This document shows positions 10,805-22,859 of a DNA stretch of 45,583 nt, piece by piece. The position numbers were made by a program, and so were the translations under genes. This DNA is from Chiloscyllium plagiosum. Its lineage: Eukaryota. The notes beneath the pieces were generated by a model. That model worked only from the letters and a program-made list of their open reading frames with translations. It did no database searches and had not been told where the DNA came from. The stretch's first letter is position 1, and each line of letters starts with the position of its first letter. The stretch covers positions 80,101,919 through 80,147,501 of the forward strand of contig NC_057718.1 of assembly GCF_004010195.1 (NCBI RefSeq). Direction: 5' to 3'.

Positions 10805-11841
10805 CAGAGAGTTGAGATAAGTGGACATATTCAGGACAGCAATCTTAACTAGAGGCGTACCAAAGGGATCGATGATGGGCCACAAACATTTACAATACAC
10901 ATTGATGATTTGGATGCAGGAAGTAAATGTTCTATTGTTAAGTTTGTAAATGACAAGATAAAGGTTGGAAAGCAAGCAAGGAGGATGGCATCAAGAATTT
11001 GCAGAGGGAGATAGACAGGATAAACAATTTGGCAAAAACTTGCTAGACGGAGTATATTATAACAAAATGTGACGTTATGCACTTTGGCATGAAGAACAGA
11101 GCAATTGAGAGAGAGAAATTGAAGAAAGCAACAGTACAGGAGGATTTGGGAGTCCTTGTGCATGAATCACAAAAAGTGATCATACAATTTTAGCAGGTAA
11201 TGAAGATGGCAAATAGAATGTTGGCTTTTTATTTCAAAGGCAATGAAATATAAAAGTTAGGAAGTCTTGCTAAAACTAAACAATGCACTCGTTGGACTAC
11301 ACCTAGATAACTGGCATTAGCTTTGGTCTTCTTACCTAAAAAACATTACTGGCATTAGGGCAGTCCAGAGGAGATTCACTAGGTTGATTGTGGGCATGAA
11401 GGAATTTTCCTTTTAAGGGAAGTTGAATAGGTTGGGCCTGTAATCATTTGAACTTAGAAGAATGAGAGACAACCTTATTGAAACTCATAAGAATCTTAAG
11501 CGATTAACAATGTAGATATGGAAAGATTGCTTTTCCTTGTGGGAGAGTCGAGGATAAGGACATAATTTCAGAATAGTGGATCATCCATTTAAGACACAGA
11601 TGAGGAGGAATTTTTTCTGTCAGAGGGTAATAAACCTGTGGAATTCTTTACCACAATCTGTGGAGGTTGGGTTGTGAAGTATATTTAAGGTTAAAATAGT
11701 CAGGTATTTTAGTCGATAAGGGAATTAAGGGTACTTGGGATTTGTGGATTATCAGATCACCTTTGACCATGTTGAATGGTGGAACAGAGACTCAATAGGC
11801 TGAATGGCTTTCTTCTACTCCTGCATGTTATGATTTTATGG
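10805..11841 (+). mobile_element. 5'-truncated CR1 LINE (RT C-terminus plus 3' UTR)
   Basis: Decayed TRGVPKGS, YIDDLD, KFVNDK (for KFADDTK), QEDLGVLVHESQK and RRNFFCQRV motifs; ends in a TTATGATTTTATG microsatellite-like tail. Confidence 0.9.
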
Positions 11842-12080
11842 ATAATTTTAATGAGGATTATCATCCATTAAATCTGTTCAAACAGTTATCAGAATATGTG
11901 GGCTATAAACTGTTGTTGCAAGCTTAAACTTTAACTGGTGCTGTCTGAAAGGAAATGCAATGATCTTCACAGAGACATTACAATGAAGTGTGATAAATTG
12001 CAATGTATTTAAGATACTGAGCTGAAAATGTGTTGCTGGAAAAGCGCAGCAGGTCAGGCAGCATCCAAGGAGCAGGAGAA

Positions 12081-12111
12081 TCGACGTTTCGGGCATGAGC
12101 CCTTCTTCAGG
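12081..12111 (-). ncRNA. Minimal type-I hammerhead-ribozyme-like motif (best-preserved copy)
   Basis: Minus strand reads CUGAAGA-A-GGGC-UCAU-GCCC-GAAA-CG-UC, with all core nucleotides present and a palindromic ACGU at stem III. Stem I pairing is weak. Confidence 0.7.
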
Positions 12112-12166
12112 AATGAAGAAAGTGTGTCCAGCAGGCTAAGATAAAAGGTAGAGAGGAGGGACTTGG

Positions 12167-12522
12167 NNNNNNNNNNNNNNNNNNNNNNNNNNNNNNNNNN
12201 NNNNNNNNNNNNNNNNNNNNNNNNNNNNNNNNNNNNNNNNNNNNNNNNNNNNNNNNNNNNNNNNNNNNNNNNNNNNNNNNNNNNNNNNNNNNNNNNNNNN
12301 NNNNNNNNNNNNNNNNNNNNNNNNNNNNNNNNNNNNNNNNNNNNNNNNNNNNNNNNNNNNNNNNNNNNNNNNNNNNNNNNNNNNNNNNNNNNNNNNNNNN
12401 NNNNNNNNNNNNNNNNNNNNNNNNNNNNNNNNNNNNNNNNNNNNNNNNNNNNNNNNNNNNNNNNNNNNNNNNNNNNNNNNNNNNNNNNNNNNNNNNNNNN
12501 NNNNNNNNNNNNNNNNNNNNNN
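12167..12522. other. Assembly gap (N run)
   Basis: Run of n. Further gaps at 33041-33133 and 43310-43335. Confidence 1.
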
Positions 12523-13499
12523 GACCTGACAAGGGAGTCACGGAGGGAGTGGTCTTTTCGGAACGCTGATAGGGGAGGGGAGGGAAATATATCCCTGGTG
12601 GTGGGGTCTGTTTGGAGGTGGCGGAAATGACGACGGATGATACAATCTATATGGAGTTTGGTGGGGTGGTAGGTGAGGACCAGTGGGGTTCTGTCCTGAT
12701 GGCGATGGGCTCATGCCCAAAACGTCGATTCTCCTGCTCCTTGGATGCTGCCTGACCTGCTGCGCTTTTCCAGCAACACATTTTCAGCTCTGATCTCCAG
12801 CATCTGCTGTCCTCACTTTCCCCTCATGTATTTAAGATAGCAAAACAAAACAACTGTACAATAGAAATCATGGAAATAATAGCTCATTTGAAAAGTAAAT
12901 TCCAAATAGTGTGTCCAAATTGAGGCTTCTCTTCTTGGGCAGTTTTACTGGGATTGAACAGCAAATTGAGAGCGCTACATGCAGTTAATTGCCAACAACA
13001 TTGAGAGATGCACCAAAAAACATTGATTACTCATTCAGTTGCTATGTTGTTCAGAAACAATCAATAAGGTACTGAAAACATTGGGTGATACCAAAGTAGC
13101 TTATCAATAACTCTGCAATTTATTGAAGGATAACTAGAATAGAAAAGTGGTAAGGTTATGGAGAGAAGAAAGATGGACAAGAGAAGAGAATGAGAAAAAG
13201 GCTAAAAACATTAGATGTTAGAGTGGGAATTTTGTCTTTTGGCACTGCCAAAGAGGAATCTGGTTCAGTTCTCACAATCGTGCTTTTATTATTCTGGAAA
13301 ACCACAGGAGGAGAATTCTGATTACAGGCAGGGGAGAACTGATGCTTCTGATCCATCACCAAGAGTCAATAGTAATTCATGGAGCATCATTAATTATTCT
13401 CCCTATTCCATTTTAATGTCCAAGACAATTACAGTCACAGACTTTTATACTTATCAATTATGGACCTCTGTGGCATCTCACCAATAGCTGCACACAGAT

Positions 13500-13910
13500 G
13501 CATCATTCAGGTGATGCTGGTCAACTCATCATGAGCACAACTTACAGAACACCGCTAGCTCAGACAGCACTGGGTCCAGACCTTGATGTGGTCAGGTTGT
13601 GCTCTGCAACACGATCCTGCAAAGGCCTCAGTCATTGGTGTGGTCTCTGCGGTATGCATGGCCCCAAAATAGGGATAAAGCTTAGAAGGTCCTAAAAGGG
13701 GAAAACACATCGCGGAGAATAAGAGGTAAGAGTGATGCAATAACTGGAAGCAGATGGAGGTGATATTGAGCACTAAGGTATTGCTGCTGCAGCATGATGA
13801 GGTGGCCTCCTCTTGCCACCATCTGGAAAGCAGATCTCCCTCCACACCCTCTTGGGTACCAGCTTCCCTGTGCCATCTTGAGCCGATATTGTAGAGGCAG
13901 ACTTTGGCCC
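13500..13910 (-). pseudogene. Degenerate Harbinger Myb/SANT-like ORF relic(s)
   Basis: VWREICFPDGGKRRPPHH (~13795-13845) and RPHQ*LRPLQDRVAEHNLTTSR/WTQC (~13567-13650). Confidence 0.5.
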
Positions 13911-15409
13911 AAATCCCTTCCTCAGGCCATCAGTTATCTCAATGATGGTTGTGCTATTTTTCATTCTTTCTGCGACTAGTTTTAATTGGAAAAGTAACAC
14001 ATCTTCATATCATCCTGGGAAAATTCACAACTCAGTCAGTTCAGTTAGTGAGTTCCTGACAGTCGAAACTTTCTGCACATTAAGTTAGCTTCTTTAGTAC
14101 TCTAGTCATCCTTATTTTGATTTTTTTGAAATAACTATTTGTGGAAATAAAGAATGGATGGTTATTCTCATACAGTTAGATAAATTAAGGTGGAAGAAGG
14201 CTGCTTTGGAGCATAAACACAGACAATGAAAATTATGGGTAGATGGCCGAAATTCTCTGTCATGTAAATGACATCAAAATCCTTGCAACAAGAAACACAT
14301 TCCAACTCAAGGGTTTCTTCTTTCCTCAAGGAGATTTTAAAATTAAGATATGAAAATATTTACTTGTAAGTAATATATGACCTAGTGGTGCTTAATTCTG
14401 TCACCATCAGCAGAAATGGTATTGTATTTGTTACTAAAGGTTAAGTGGTTCACTTTCAGTTGTAAGGCTGTTTAATTTGCATTATTAGACCTAATGTTCC
14501 ATTTTATGCCATAATGTACTTCTAGCAGTAAATTAAGGTGTGACATTATAGTAAATTGCACAAGCGATTGCTTATATGTAATAAATGTCATTAATGGCAC
14601 ATATTTTCTGTCCAAAGTGCTTTACAGCTACAGAAAAGATAATTTCAAATCAGTTTTGGACAGCAACCTAAAACTTCTGAAAATAGAATGAAAATGGATT
14701 GCTTTTATCAAATTGAGGACATGCTAAAAGATCATTCAAACTGACTAATTTTATGACTTCACATTGTTCTGCATGGTCTAGCCATGTGTGAATGCGAGGA
14801 AAATTCAGATGTATGTTATTTATCTTTGTCCAATCAATAAACTTATGGTCATAATCATGTGTTGTGCATATCCAATTTTCTGGTGTGTTCCACTGATGAG
14901 TGAGATTTCTTACTGGAATTGTGAAGTCAGAAAATGATCCCTTTATCCCTGAACTCGGGTCATAAATATAAGATGGATACAAATAAATTCAATTGGAACT
15001 TTATAAGAATTTTTATTCCTCATAGTGAAGACAATGTGCAACTTGCTATCAAACAGAGTGGTTGAATTGTGCAGATGTATTTAAAGGGAAAACTTGATAG
15101 AAACATGAAGAATAGAAGATTATGCTGATATAGTTAGATAAAGTAAGATGGTGCATAAATACTGACATTGAAAATGATGGTCAGGTGGCCTGAAGTTTTT
15201 ATAATCTCAGCATACATCAGGTGCATTTTTGCGCAGTTTGACAAGATTGTATTCAGGACCATATATGCAAGATCTGTCTCATGGAAGAGCTGTGTAAATG
15301 TGCTTGATCTTGGTAGAGATAAGATTTCAAATTGACTTGGCACACCTGGTGTGCTACACAGAAGCAAAAACATCAAGTCCATGTTTATCTTATGTGGTTG
15401 ATCTTAAAT

Positions 15410-16730
15410 GGAGTGACACAGCATGAAAACAGACCTTTCAGTCCAACTCATCTGTGCTGACCAGACATCCTAATCTGACCTAGTCCCATTTGCCAGCATT
15501 TGGCCCAGATCCCTTTAAACCCTTTCAATTCATATATCCATCCAAATGCTTTTTAAATGTTATAATTGTACCTGCCTCCACCACTTCCTCTGGCAGCTTG
15601 ATCCATAAATGCATCACCATCTGCATAAATAAGTTACCCCTCAGGTCCTTTTTAAATCTTACCTCCTCTTGCCTGAAACATATGCCCTCTCATTTTGGAC
15701 TCTCCAACACAAAGAAACAGACCTTGACTATTCACCCTGTCCATGCCCTCATAATTTTATAAACCTGCATAAGGTCACCCCTCAGCCTCCATGCTTCAGG
15801 GAAAATAGCCTGAGCCTATTCACCCACTCCCCATAGCTCAAACCCTCCAACTCTGCAACACCTTTGTAATTTTTTTCCGAACCCTCTCAATTTTAACAAC
15901 ATCCTTCCTATAGAAGGGAGACCAGAATTATATGCATTATTCCAAAACTGGCCTCACTAATGTCCTGCACAGCCACAACATAACAATCCAACTCCTGTAC
16001 TCAATGTTTTGATCAATGAAAGCAAACATGCCAAACACCTTCTCTACCACTCTGTCTACCTGCGACTTCATTTTCAAGGAACTATAAACTTGCACCCCTT
16101 GGTCTCTATGTTATATTACTTGGGACCCTCCCATTAACTGCATAAGTCTGGCCCTGGTTTGCCCTACCAAAATGCAATAGCTCACATTTAACTAAATTAA
16201 ACTCCATCTTGCCATTCGTCCATCTGATTAAGGTCTATTGTGCTCTGAGATAATCTTCTTCACTGTTTACTACACCACCTATTTTGGTGTCATCTGCAAA
16301 ATTACTAACCATATCACCTATATTCACATCCAAATAATTTATAAACAACAAATAGCAGTTGATCCAGCACCAATCCAGTGGCATACCACTGGTCCAGCCG
16401 AAAAACAATCCTCCACCACCACTCCCTGTCTCGTACCTTCAAGCCAATTTTCTGTCCAACTGGCAAGCTCCCCCTGGATTCCATATGATCTAATATTACT
16501 AACCAGTCTAGCATGCGGAGCCTTCTTGAATGTTTTGCTGAAGTTCATACAGACAATGTATACTGCCTCGCCTTCATCAATCTTCTTTGTCACCAAAGAA
16601 CACAATCAAGTTAGTGAGACACGATTTCCCATGCACAAAGCCATGCTGACTATCCCCAATCAGTCCTTGCCTTTCCAAACGACTGTAAATTCTGTCCATC
16701 AGAATCTCCTCCAACAACTTACCCACAGGA
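15410..16730 (-). mobile_element. 5'-truncated CR1 LINE
   Basis: ORF 16339-16605 VTKKIDEGEAVYIVCMNFSKTFKKAPHARLVSNIRSYGIQGELASWTENWLEG.RQGVVVEDCFS is CR1 RT; the 3' UTR is at ~15410-15520. Confidence 0.92.
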
Positions 16731-17244
16731 TGTATAATTAAGTCCGCATATCAAACTTTATGGTAAGCAGCAAAACTATTTTCAAAAAATAATTTCCAAT
16801 TTGTGTTCCCTTTCTCTTCTGAAAGCAGAAACGCAAACAAGTGTGCAATTCTATGTGCCTTATTTATTGTCTGGGCACACCATGTTCATTTTTCATGTCT
16901 GACTAATTATTCTTTACCTATTATCTTCAAGTGTGAGAAACACCAAACCCCATGCAAAACTCAATGGACAGTCATCTATGTGCGAGTCACAAATACCGGT
17001 CCTAAAATTTCACATAATAAATATTGGGAATTTTTAATTATATCTTCACACTTGAAACCAGAGCATAGGGATTTGGATCTCAAAAATCCAGTTCACAAAA
17101 AGAAAACGTTAATTAAACAGGACAATCTTTTTCAATCACTTCAAGTTGTCCAAAACACTCATGACGTAGCTATGAAGTTAACATGTCTATTCGACAAATC
17201 AACACTGGTATAGTGAAAAACAAACTGTTGTAGTATAGACCAAT

Positions 17245-17335
17245 CCTGATGAAAGGCTATCAATTTAAAACATTAACACTGCCTCTCTCTCCATCTGCTG
17301 CCTCACTTGCTGGGTATTGCCAGCAATTTATATTT
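17245..17335 (+). mobile_element. Very old PLE terminus with decayed hammerhead-like core
   Basis: CCTGATGAAAGG...AAACATTAAC...TCTCTCCA..TGCTGCCTCACTTGCTG..TATTGCCAGCA, the same layout as 36600-36700 reversed. Confidence 0.6.
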
Positions 17336-17354
17336 TAAATATACTATAGTAGAA

Positions 17355-18260
17355 TCTTCTATGACTTCAGGACATCTCAAAGAATTTTACAGCCACGAGG
17401 CGTAGTCATCATTGTAATCTATGAAACACAGCCGCTAACTTCTGCACAGTCAAGAGATAGTCAATAACTAGTCTCTTTTTGGGAATGTTGACTGTGGCAT
17501 TAATATCAGCTTTTACTCAAAAGCTGCCATGGGAGAATTTGCAACCAACGAGAAAAGGTTCAACTCTCTGAATTGGGACTCACTTCTGTGACGATGCTGC
17601 TCCTTTAACAAGGTTAAGTTGTCCTTGTTTATTTTTTCAGAGAGGTCGTAAAAGACACAGACTCTGAAAGTGTGGGTTTAGATGGGCCAGTTTGATTATA
17701 GCTAACAGATTCTGCCTCAAGCAAAAGGTTTTCAAGTTTAAAAAAAAATTTGTACAATGAAAGGGGAATGGCCAGTGCTCTCAGCTCAGCTTTTCTCTGG
17801 TTTGGTTTTAGCACAGTAGTGTTGTAAAAGCTGCTGGACGCAAAAAGGCAGGTCCAGGCTGTCCTCTACTCTCTCTGACTTCTCTCCTATAAGACCCTGT
17901 GTTCGCTTTTTCCTTTTGTGCCAAGGGGTGTTCAAGGGGACTGTTGCAGGTATTGGGAACAGCACCATTAAGTTGGTATAATCTGTTGGATTTTTGGATA
18001 GGTTAAGTTCTTCTGTATTCTGTTCTCTTCTGTTTGTGTTTCATTCGGTAATCTTGTAAATAAATTCTGTTTTGTTTAAAACAAAGTGGCTTGACCAGCT
18101 GCATCCCTTCTGGAATATCGCATTACATCTGCTTAAAACTACTAGCAAAGTTAGGGTCTGGGCTACTTTCTTGAAATGTTTTGAAGGTGTCTAACCTGGT
18201 CCATAACACACCCTTTTGATTCAGAGGAAGATTTTCTATTGCCAAATCATAGCTGACACT
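17355..18260 (-). mobile_element. Deu-domain (SacSINE1-like) SINE split by an LTR
   Basis: Body at 17355-17586; the tRNA-like head continues after the LTR (CCTTTTGATTCAGAGG...AGCTGACA) and resembles 8570-8700. Confidence 0.45.
17587..18208 (+). mobile_element. Solo LTR
   Basis: TGTGAC...CATAACA termini, AATAAA at ~18059 followed by a T-rich tract, ~620 bp, non-coding. No clean TSD seen. Confidence 0.7.
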
Positions 18261-19924
18261 AAATACATAGAAAAAGTTGCAATTCCATGGAAATCTGCAG
18301 CAATTCTCCCAGTTGCATAGGTTTCTGATATTAAAAAGCTAAGATACAGTAAATGGTGGCCTAGATGTTCCAATGGCCAAAGAGTCATTGGAGCAGCACA
18401 GACAGTTGTGCACTGGAACCATGCAGAATCTCTTACACAGCGGACTCCTTGGGAAATTGAAACACTTAATAGGCAACTCCCTAATGACTAGAAACATCTG
18501 GAAAATTTCTTTAAGATCAGAAACTTTAGAGGGTTCCAAATCACTTAAGCTCTATAATTTCCCAGGGCAAGTTAGAGGATTAAATGCCAATTCATAACTC
18601 CTGGGTAACAGGTAAACTGAAATAATACCTTAATATTGACTCGCTGCTCAAGATATCCCTCACACCTCCTATCAACTACATGTCAAATAGATCATTCAAC
18701 TGACCCCAACCCAACCCTGCCAGACCGAATAGCCATGCTTAACCTGACATTGTACCAATACTCCTGCTAGTCTGAGCACCAATCCTCACCCAGAACAGTC
18801 CATCCTCATCTTTACTACTGGCCTTACTCCCCAGACTTAGTAGCCCCTTCTAGCTGTCTGATCCAATTCTCCTCACCCCACCTAAACCCAAGCCTGAGCC
18901 GACTTTCCCCACCCAAGCCTACGTGACACCTCAGACCCAAGATTCCTCTCCCATCTGCTGAACCTGATGCCCATCTCACTTCAGGCCCCTCAACTAAATC
19001 CACGCAAACCAGACCAGGTATCCCTTTTTCCCTGTGGACCACAACCCTCAAACTCCAATGTACGTAAGAACTCATTCACTTATCTGGCATCTTGGCATGA
19101 AATCCACCTGTCATCCTTCCCATCTCACCCATGTGGCATCCTTTCCACCCATCCACCTGGTACACTACTACCCACTTCTCCCACAAGGCACCCCGAAACC
19201 TTGCTCACTTGGTACCCTAACCCTTCGACCAACTGCCACCCTAGCCCATACTTATCTTACATACTTACCCTTCACGGAAACTGTCTTTTCTATGCTATTG
19301 GTCATTTAAATCATAGAACATGGTAAATTGCTGAAAAAGGGGAATTGGACTTTTCAACAAGCTCATAAAGGGAAGCCCCTGTCCAAGAATCCCCAGCGCA
19401 GAAGTCATCAAAAGGTTAGTGGTAATTTTTAATCCAATCAGAGTTTCCAGTCCTGTTTGGAATATCTAGGCCAGTATACCTGTGCAATACATCCCTGTAG
19501 AAACAGATATCCTTTTTTATTATCAAGTACATATGTTTTGGCTTGCAAATCTAGTTCACAAGATTAGCCCTCATGTAAATTATTCCAGTTATCCATTCCA
19601 AGGATCAGTAAGCTTCACACAGTCAGGAAGGAGAGATCACATCCAGAGTGAGTATATAGTTCGGGGTATATCGAGAAGATTTAAAGACAAAGGACAACTG
19701 TAAGGATGAATGGAATGATATTGGTTGGCATTTTCCCGGCACAAAGAATGGGTGAATTGTGAGGGATGATGGCCAAAGGCCAAAGTGAACTTTTTAAACA
19801 GCTTGCCTTGTCAGCAGATTCTGTGACACTTTCCACTGGCGTCCAAAGCAGCAGCTCCAACTCCACTCAGCATCCATGAAATGAAGATCTTACCATTCAT
19901 GGCATTTTTTTCCCTGCAGGAAGC

Positions 19925-20090
19925 CAGGAGTGAAACTCCAAGTGAATCAACTGTGTTGGTGTGCGACTGGGGCTATCAACCAGATTGGTTAAGGAAAGCA
20001 CCTTTCCTTCCCTAAGGAACATTAATAAATCAGTTTGCTCTTAAGGATAATCTTTTAGCCTTATGACCATTTTCACCTATCATTATTAAT
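19925..20090 (-). mobile_element. Diverged SINE fragment (same family as 44940-45233)
   Basis: TTTCCTTCCCTAAGGAACATTAATAAATCAG aligns with TTTCCGCCCCTGAAGTACTTTAGTAAACCAG at ~45021. Confidence 0.5.
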
Positions 20091-20249
20091 TGAAAAATAG
20101 AATAATGCTGAAAAATAGAAATAGAGTCATAGACATGTACAGCATGGAAAGAGATCCTTCGGTCCAAACCAAAAATAGAAAATGCTGGAAATGCATAATA
20201 AGTCAGGCAGCATCTGTGGAAAGGGAAATAAAGTTAACAAGCAAAATTT

Positions 20250-20666
20250 TTACCTAGTGGGGAGGTTGTTGGTATTTGTAGTGATTGGAACCAGGTTGAC
20301 CTTGTTGACTACGAGGTCATTGTTTGGGGTTGTTAACCTGGGTCAGTCAGGAACAACTTGGCTAATCAATATGACCCGGAGAGGCTGGCCACAGCCAATG
20401 TCCTGTGTACAAGGAAATAAAGGGTGATTTGGTGACAGGATATTAGGCTTTGTGTAGTTATTAAAAAAAAATAACCCAGAGATTAGAATCTCCTCAGCTC
20501 AGGACTGACTCCAAGCTGGCTGGCCATAGTTGCTAAAGAAAACCCAAGAGATTAGAATCTCCTCAGTTCAAGCAATTGATTCAAAGCCAGCTGGCCACAA
20601 CCAGTGTTCTGTACACATGGAAATAAAGGGGGACTTGGTGACAGGATATTTGGTGCAATTATTTCA
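20250..20666 (+). mobile_element. LTR-like element with internal duplications
   Basis: Two copies of GGAAATAAAGGG..A.TTGGTGACAGGATATT (~20413, ~20619) and two of AGAGATTAGAATCTCCTCAG (~20478, ~20547); ends TTATTTCA. Confidence 0.55.
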
Positions 20667-20779
20667 GTATTGGAAGTGAGCGATATTCCTGTTCAGTGGC
20701 AGGACACTGGGGATGCATGATTCAGTAGCAGCCAGCCAATAGGGTATGCACATACAATGAATGCAGCGATTCACATGGA

Positions 20780-21330
20780 GGATTTGATTAGATATATTAC
20801 TGTCATGTGTGCCAAGGTACAGGCAGATCACACTATACAATTGCATCAGGGTTACAGAACAGAGTGCAGGATACAATGGTATAGCTGCAGAGAAGGTGCA
20901 GAGAGAGAGAGAGATCAACTTTAACATTAAAAAGATCCATTCATAAGTCTGATAACAATGGGGAAGAAACTGTTCATGAATCTGTTTAAGCATACATATA
21001 AACTTTTATATCTTCTGCCCAATGGAAGAGCGTGGACGAAATATAACTGGTTGGTGCTTTAATTATGTTGGTAGAAGGATGGGTCTTTGATTATGTTAGT
21101 TGCTATCCCGATGCAGCAGGAAGCATAGATGAAGTTAATGGATGGGAGGCTGGTTTGCATGATTTCAAACCCCACTTCAGGAATGAAAATCCAAGTGAGT
21201 CAACTATGTTGGTGTGCAACTGGATTTATCAACCAGACTGGGCTGTGCTCACAACCCTCTGTAGGTTCTCTTATTTTTGGAAAGAACAGTTGCCATACTA
21301 CGCTGTGATGCATCCAGATAAGATGCTTTC
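20780..21330 (-). mobile_element. Rex1/Babar-like LINE 3' fragment
   Basis: The reverse complement parallels the 3' half of 21331-22815 (ESILSGCITA*YGNCS, LPLGRRYK, NSFFP and an AATCAAAT tail). Confidence 0.75.
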
Positions 21331-22815
21331 TGAGATCCTGTGTGGACCAGCTGGCAGTGGCATTCACTGACATCTTCAACCTCTCTTTGCTACAATCCGA
21401 AGTCCCAAACTTCTTCATGAAGGCCACCACCATCCCAGTACCAAAGAAAACATGTGCAACGTGCCTTAACAACTACCACCTATTGCCATCAACCTCCATA
21501 ATCATGAAGTGCCTCGAGAGGCTGGTCATGGCCCACATCAACTCTAGCCTCCCAGCCTGCCTTTATCCCCCTATGATTTGCTTACTGTCATAATAACATT
21601 TCCATTCGCAGTCGGTATTTCTCTAGCCCTACACTCATCCCTGTAAATATCTGGATAACACAGACACCTGTATCAGGTTCCTACCATATCTTATCAAATG
21701 CAGCTCCATCTTTAACACCATCATCCCTACCAGACTAATCTTAAAACTCCAAGATCTAGGTCTCAGCTTGATGTGATGTGCAACTGGATCCTCAGCTTCC
21801 TGAATTACAGACCACAATCAGTGAAGACAGACAACAGCACCTCCTCAATGATAACCCTCAACACTGGCACCTCACAATGATGCATTCCCAGCCCCCTACT
21901 GTACTCCTTGTACACCCATGTCTGTGTAGCCAAATTCTATATGAGCTTCATCGATAAGTTTGCTGACAACACCACCACAGCAGTACAGATATTAAACAAT
22001 GAGTCAGAATATAAGGAGAGTGTTTGATGTCATAGTGCAATGATAACAACCTTTCTCAATGTCAACAAAACAAAAGAACTGATCACTGACTTCAGGAAGA
22101 AAAGAGGAGGACACCCCTAGCTACATCAATGGAGCTGGGGTGGAGAGGTTTGAGAGCGTCAAGTTCCTGGGAGTGATGATAACCAACAATCTGTCCTGGA
22201 GCTCCCACGTAGATGTGACCTTCAAGATGGCACAACAATACCTCGTCTTCCTCAAGCAGCTTATGAAATTCAGCATGTCCATAAAGATCCTGACCCTCAC
22301 CAACTTCTGCAGATGCACCATAGAAAGCATTTTTTTCCAGCTGCATAACAGCCTGGTACAGCAACATGCTCTGCCCAGGACCATAAGAAACTACAGAAAG
22401 TTATGTGCACAGCTCAGACCATTATGAAAGCTAATCTCCTATCCGTGGACTCAGTTTACACTTCTCGCTGCTACAGAAAAGCAGCCAACATCAAAGACCC
22501 ATCCCTCCAAGTAATGCCCTCTTGTAATCTCTTCCATTAGACAGAAGGTGCATGTATTCAAGTCTCTGTATCAACCAGTTCAAGAACAGCTTCTTCCTTG
22601 CCGTTATTATATTGCTGAATAGATCTTCTAACTTCAAATAATATTAAGCTTGCTTGGTGCACCTCCTGTGCAGCCGTAACCTTGTTTGCCTTGCTCTGTC
22701 TCAGCACTCTATCATTTGCAAGTCCTTGTTTGCTATGATCTGCATGCACGGCTTGCAAAATGAAGCTTTTCACTATACTTAGATACATGTGACTACAACA
22801 GATCCAATCAAATCT
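21331..22815 (+). mobile_element. Rex1/Babar-clade LINE, 5'-truncated, decayed RT
   Basis: DQLAVAFTDIFNLSLLQSEVP..FMKATTIPVPKK..CLNNY...TSIIMKCLERLV, KFADNTT, VERFESVKFLGVMITNNLSWSSH; CAATCAAATC tail. Confidence 0.92.
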
Positions 22816-22859
22816 TTTCCCACGGCGATATCTCACAGCAAACAATAAGTAGCTCCATA

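Larger units (their letters stand above)
12017..12825 (-). mobile_element. Young Penelope-like element with inverted termini, spanning an N-gap
   Basis: 12017-12102 is the reverse complement of ~12706-12791. 14 bp direct repeat ATGTATTTAAGATA at 12003-12016 and 12826-12839. Internal 12523-12700 resembles the PLE coding region at 37680-37850. Confidence 0.85.

Noticed and set aside
20413..20666. CRISPR-like repeat-spacer array
   Set aside because: Only two copies of each motif, irregular spacing, vertebrate LTR-like context and no cas genes.
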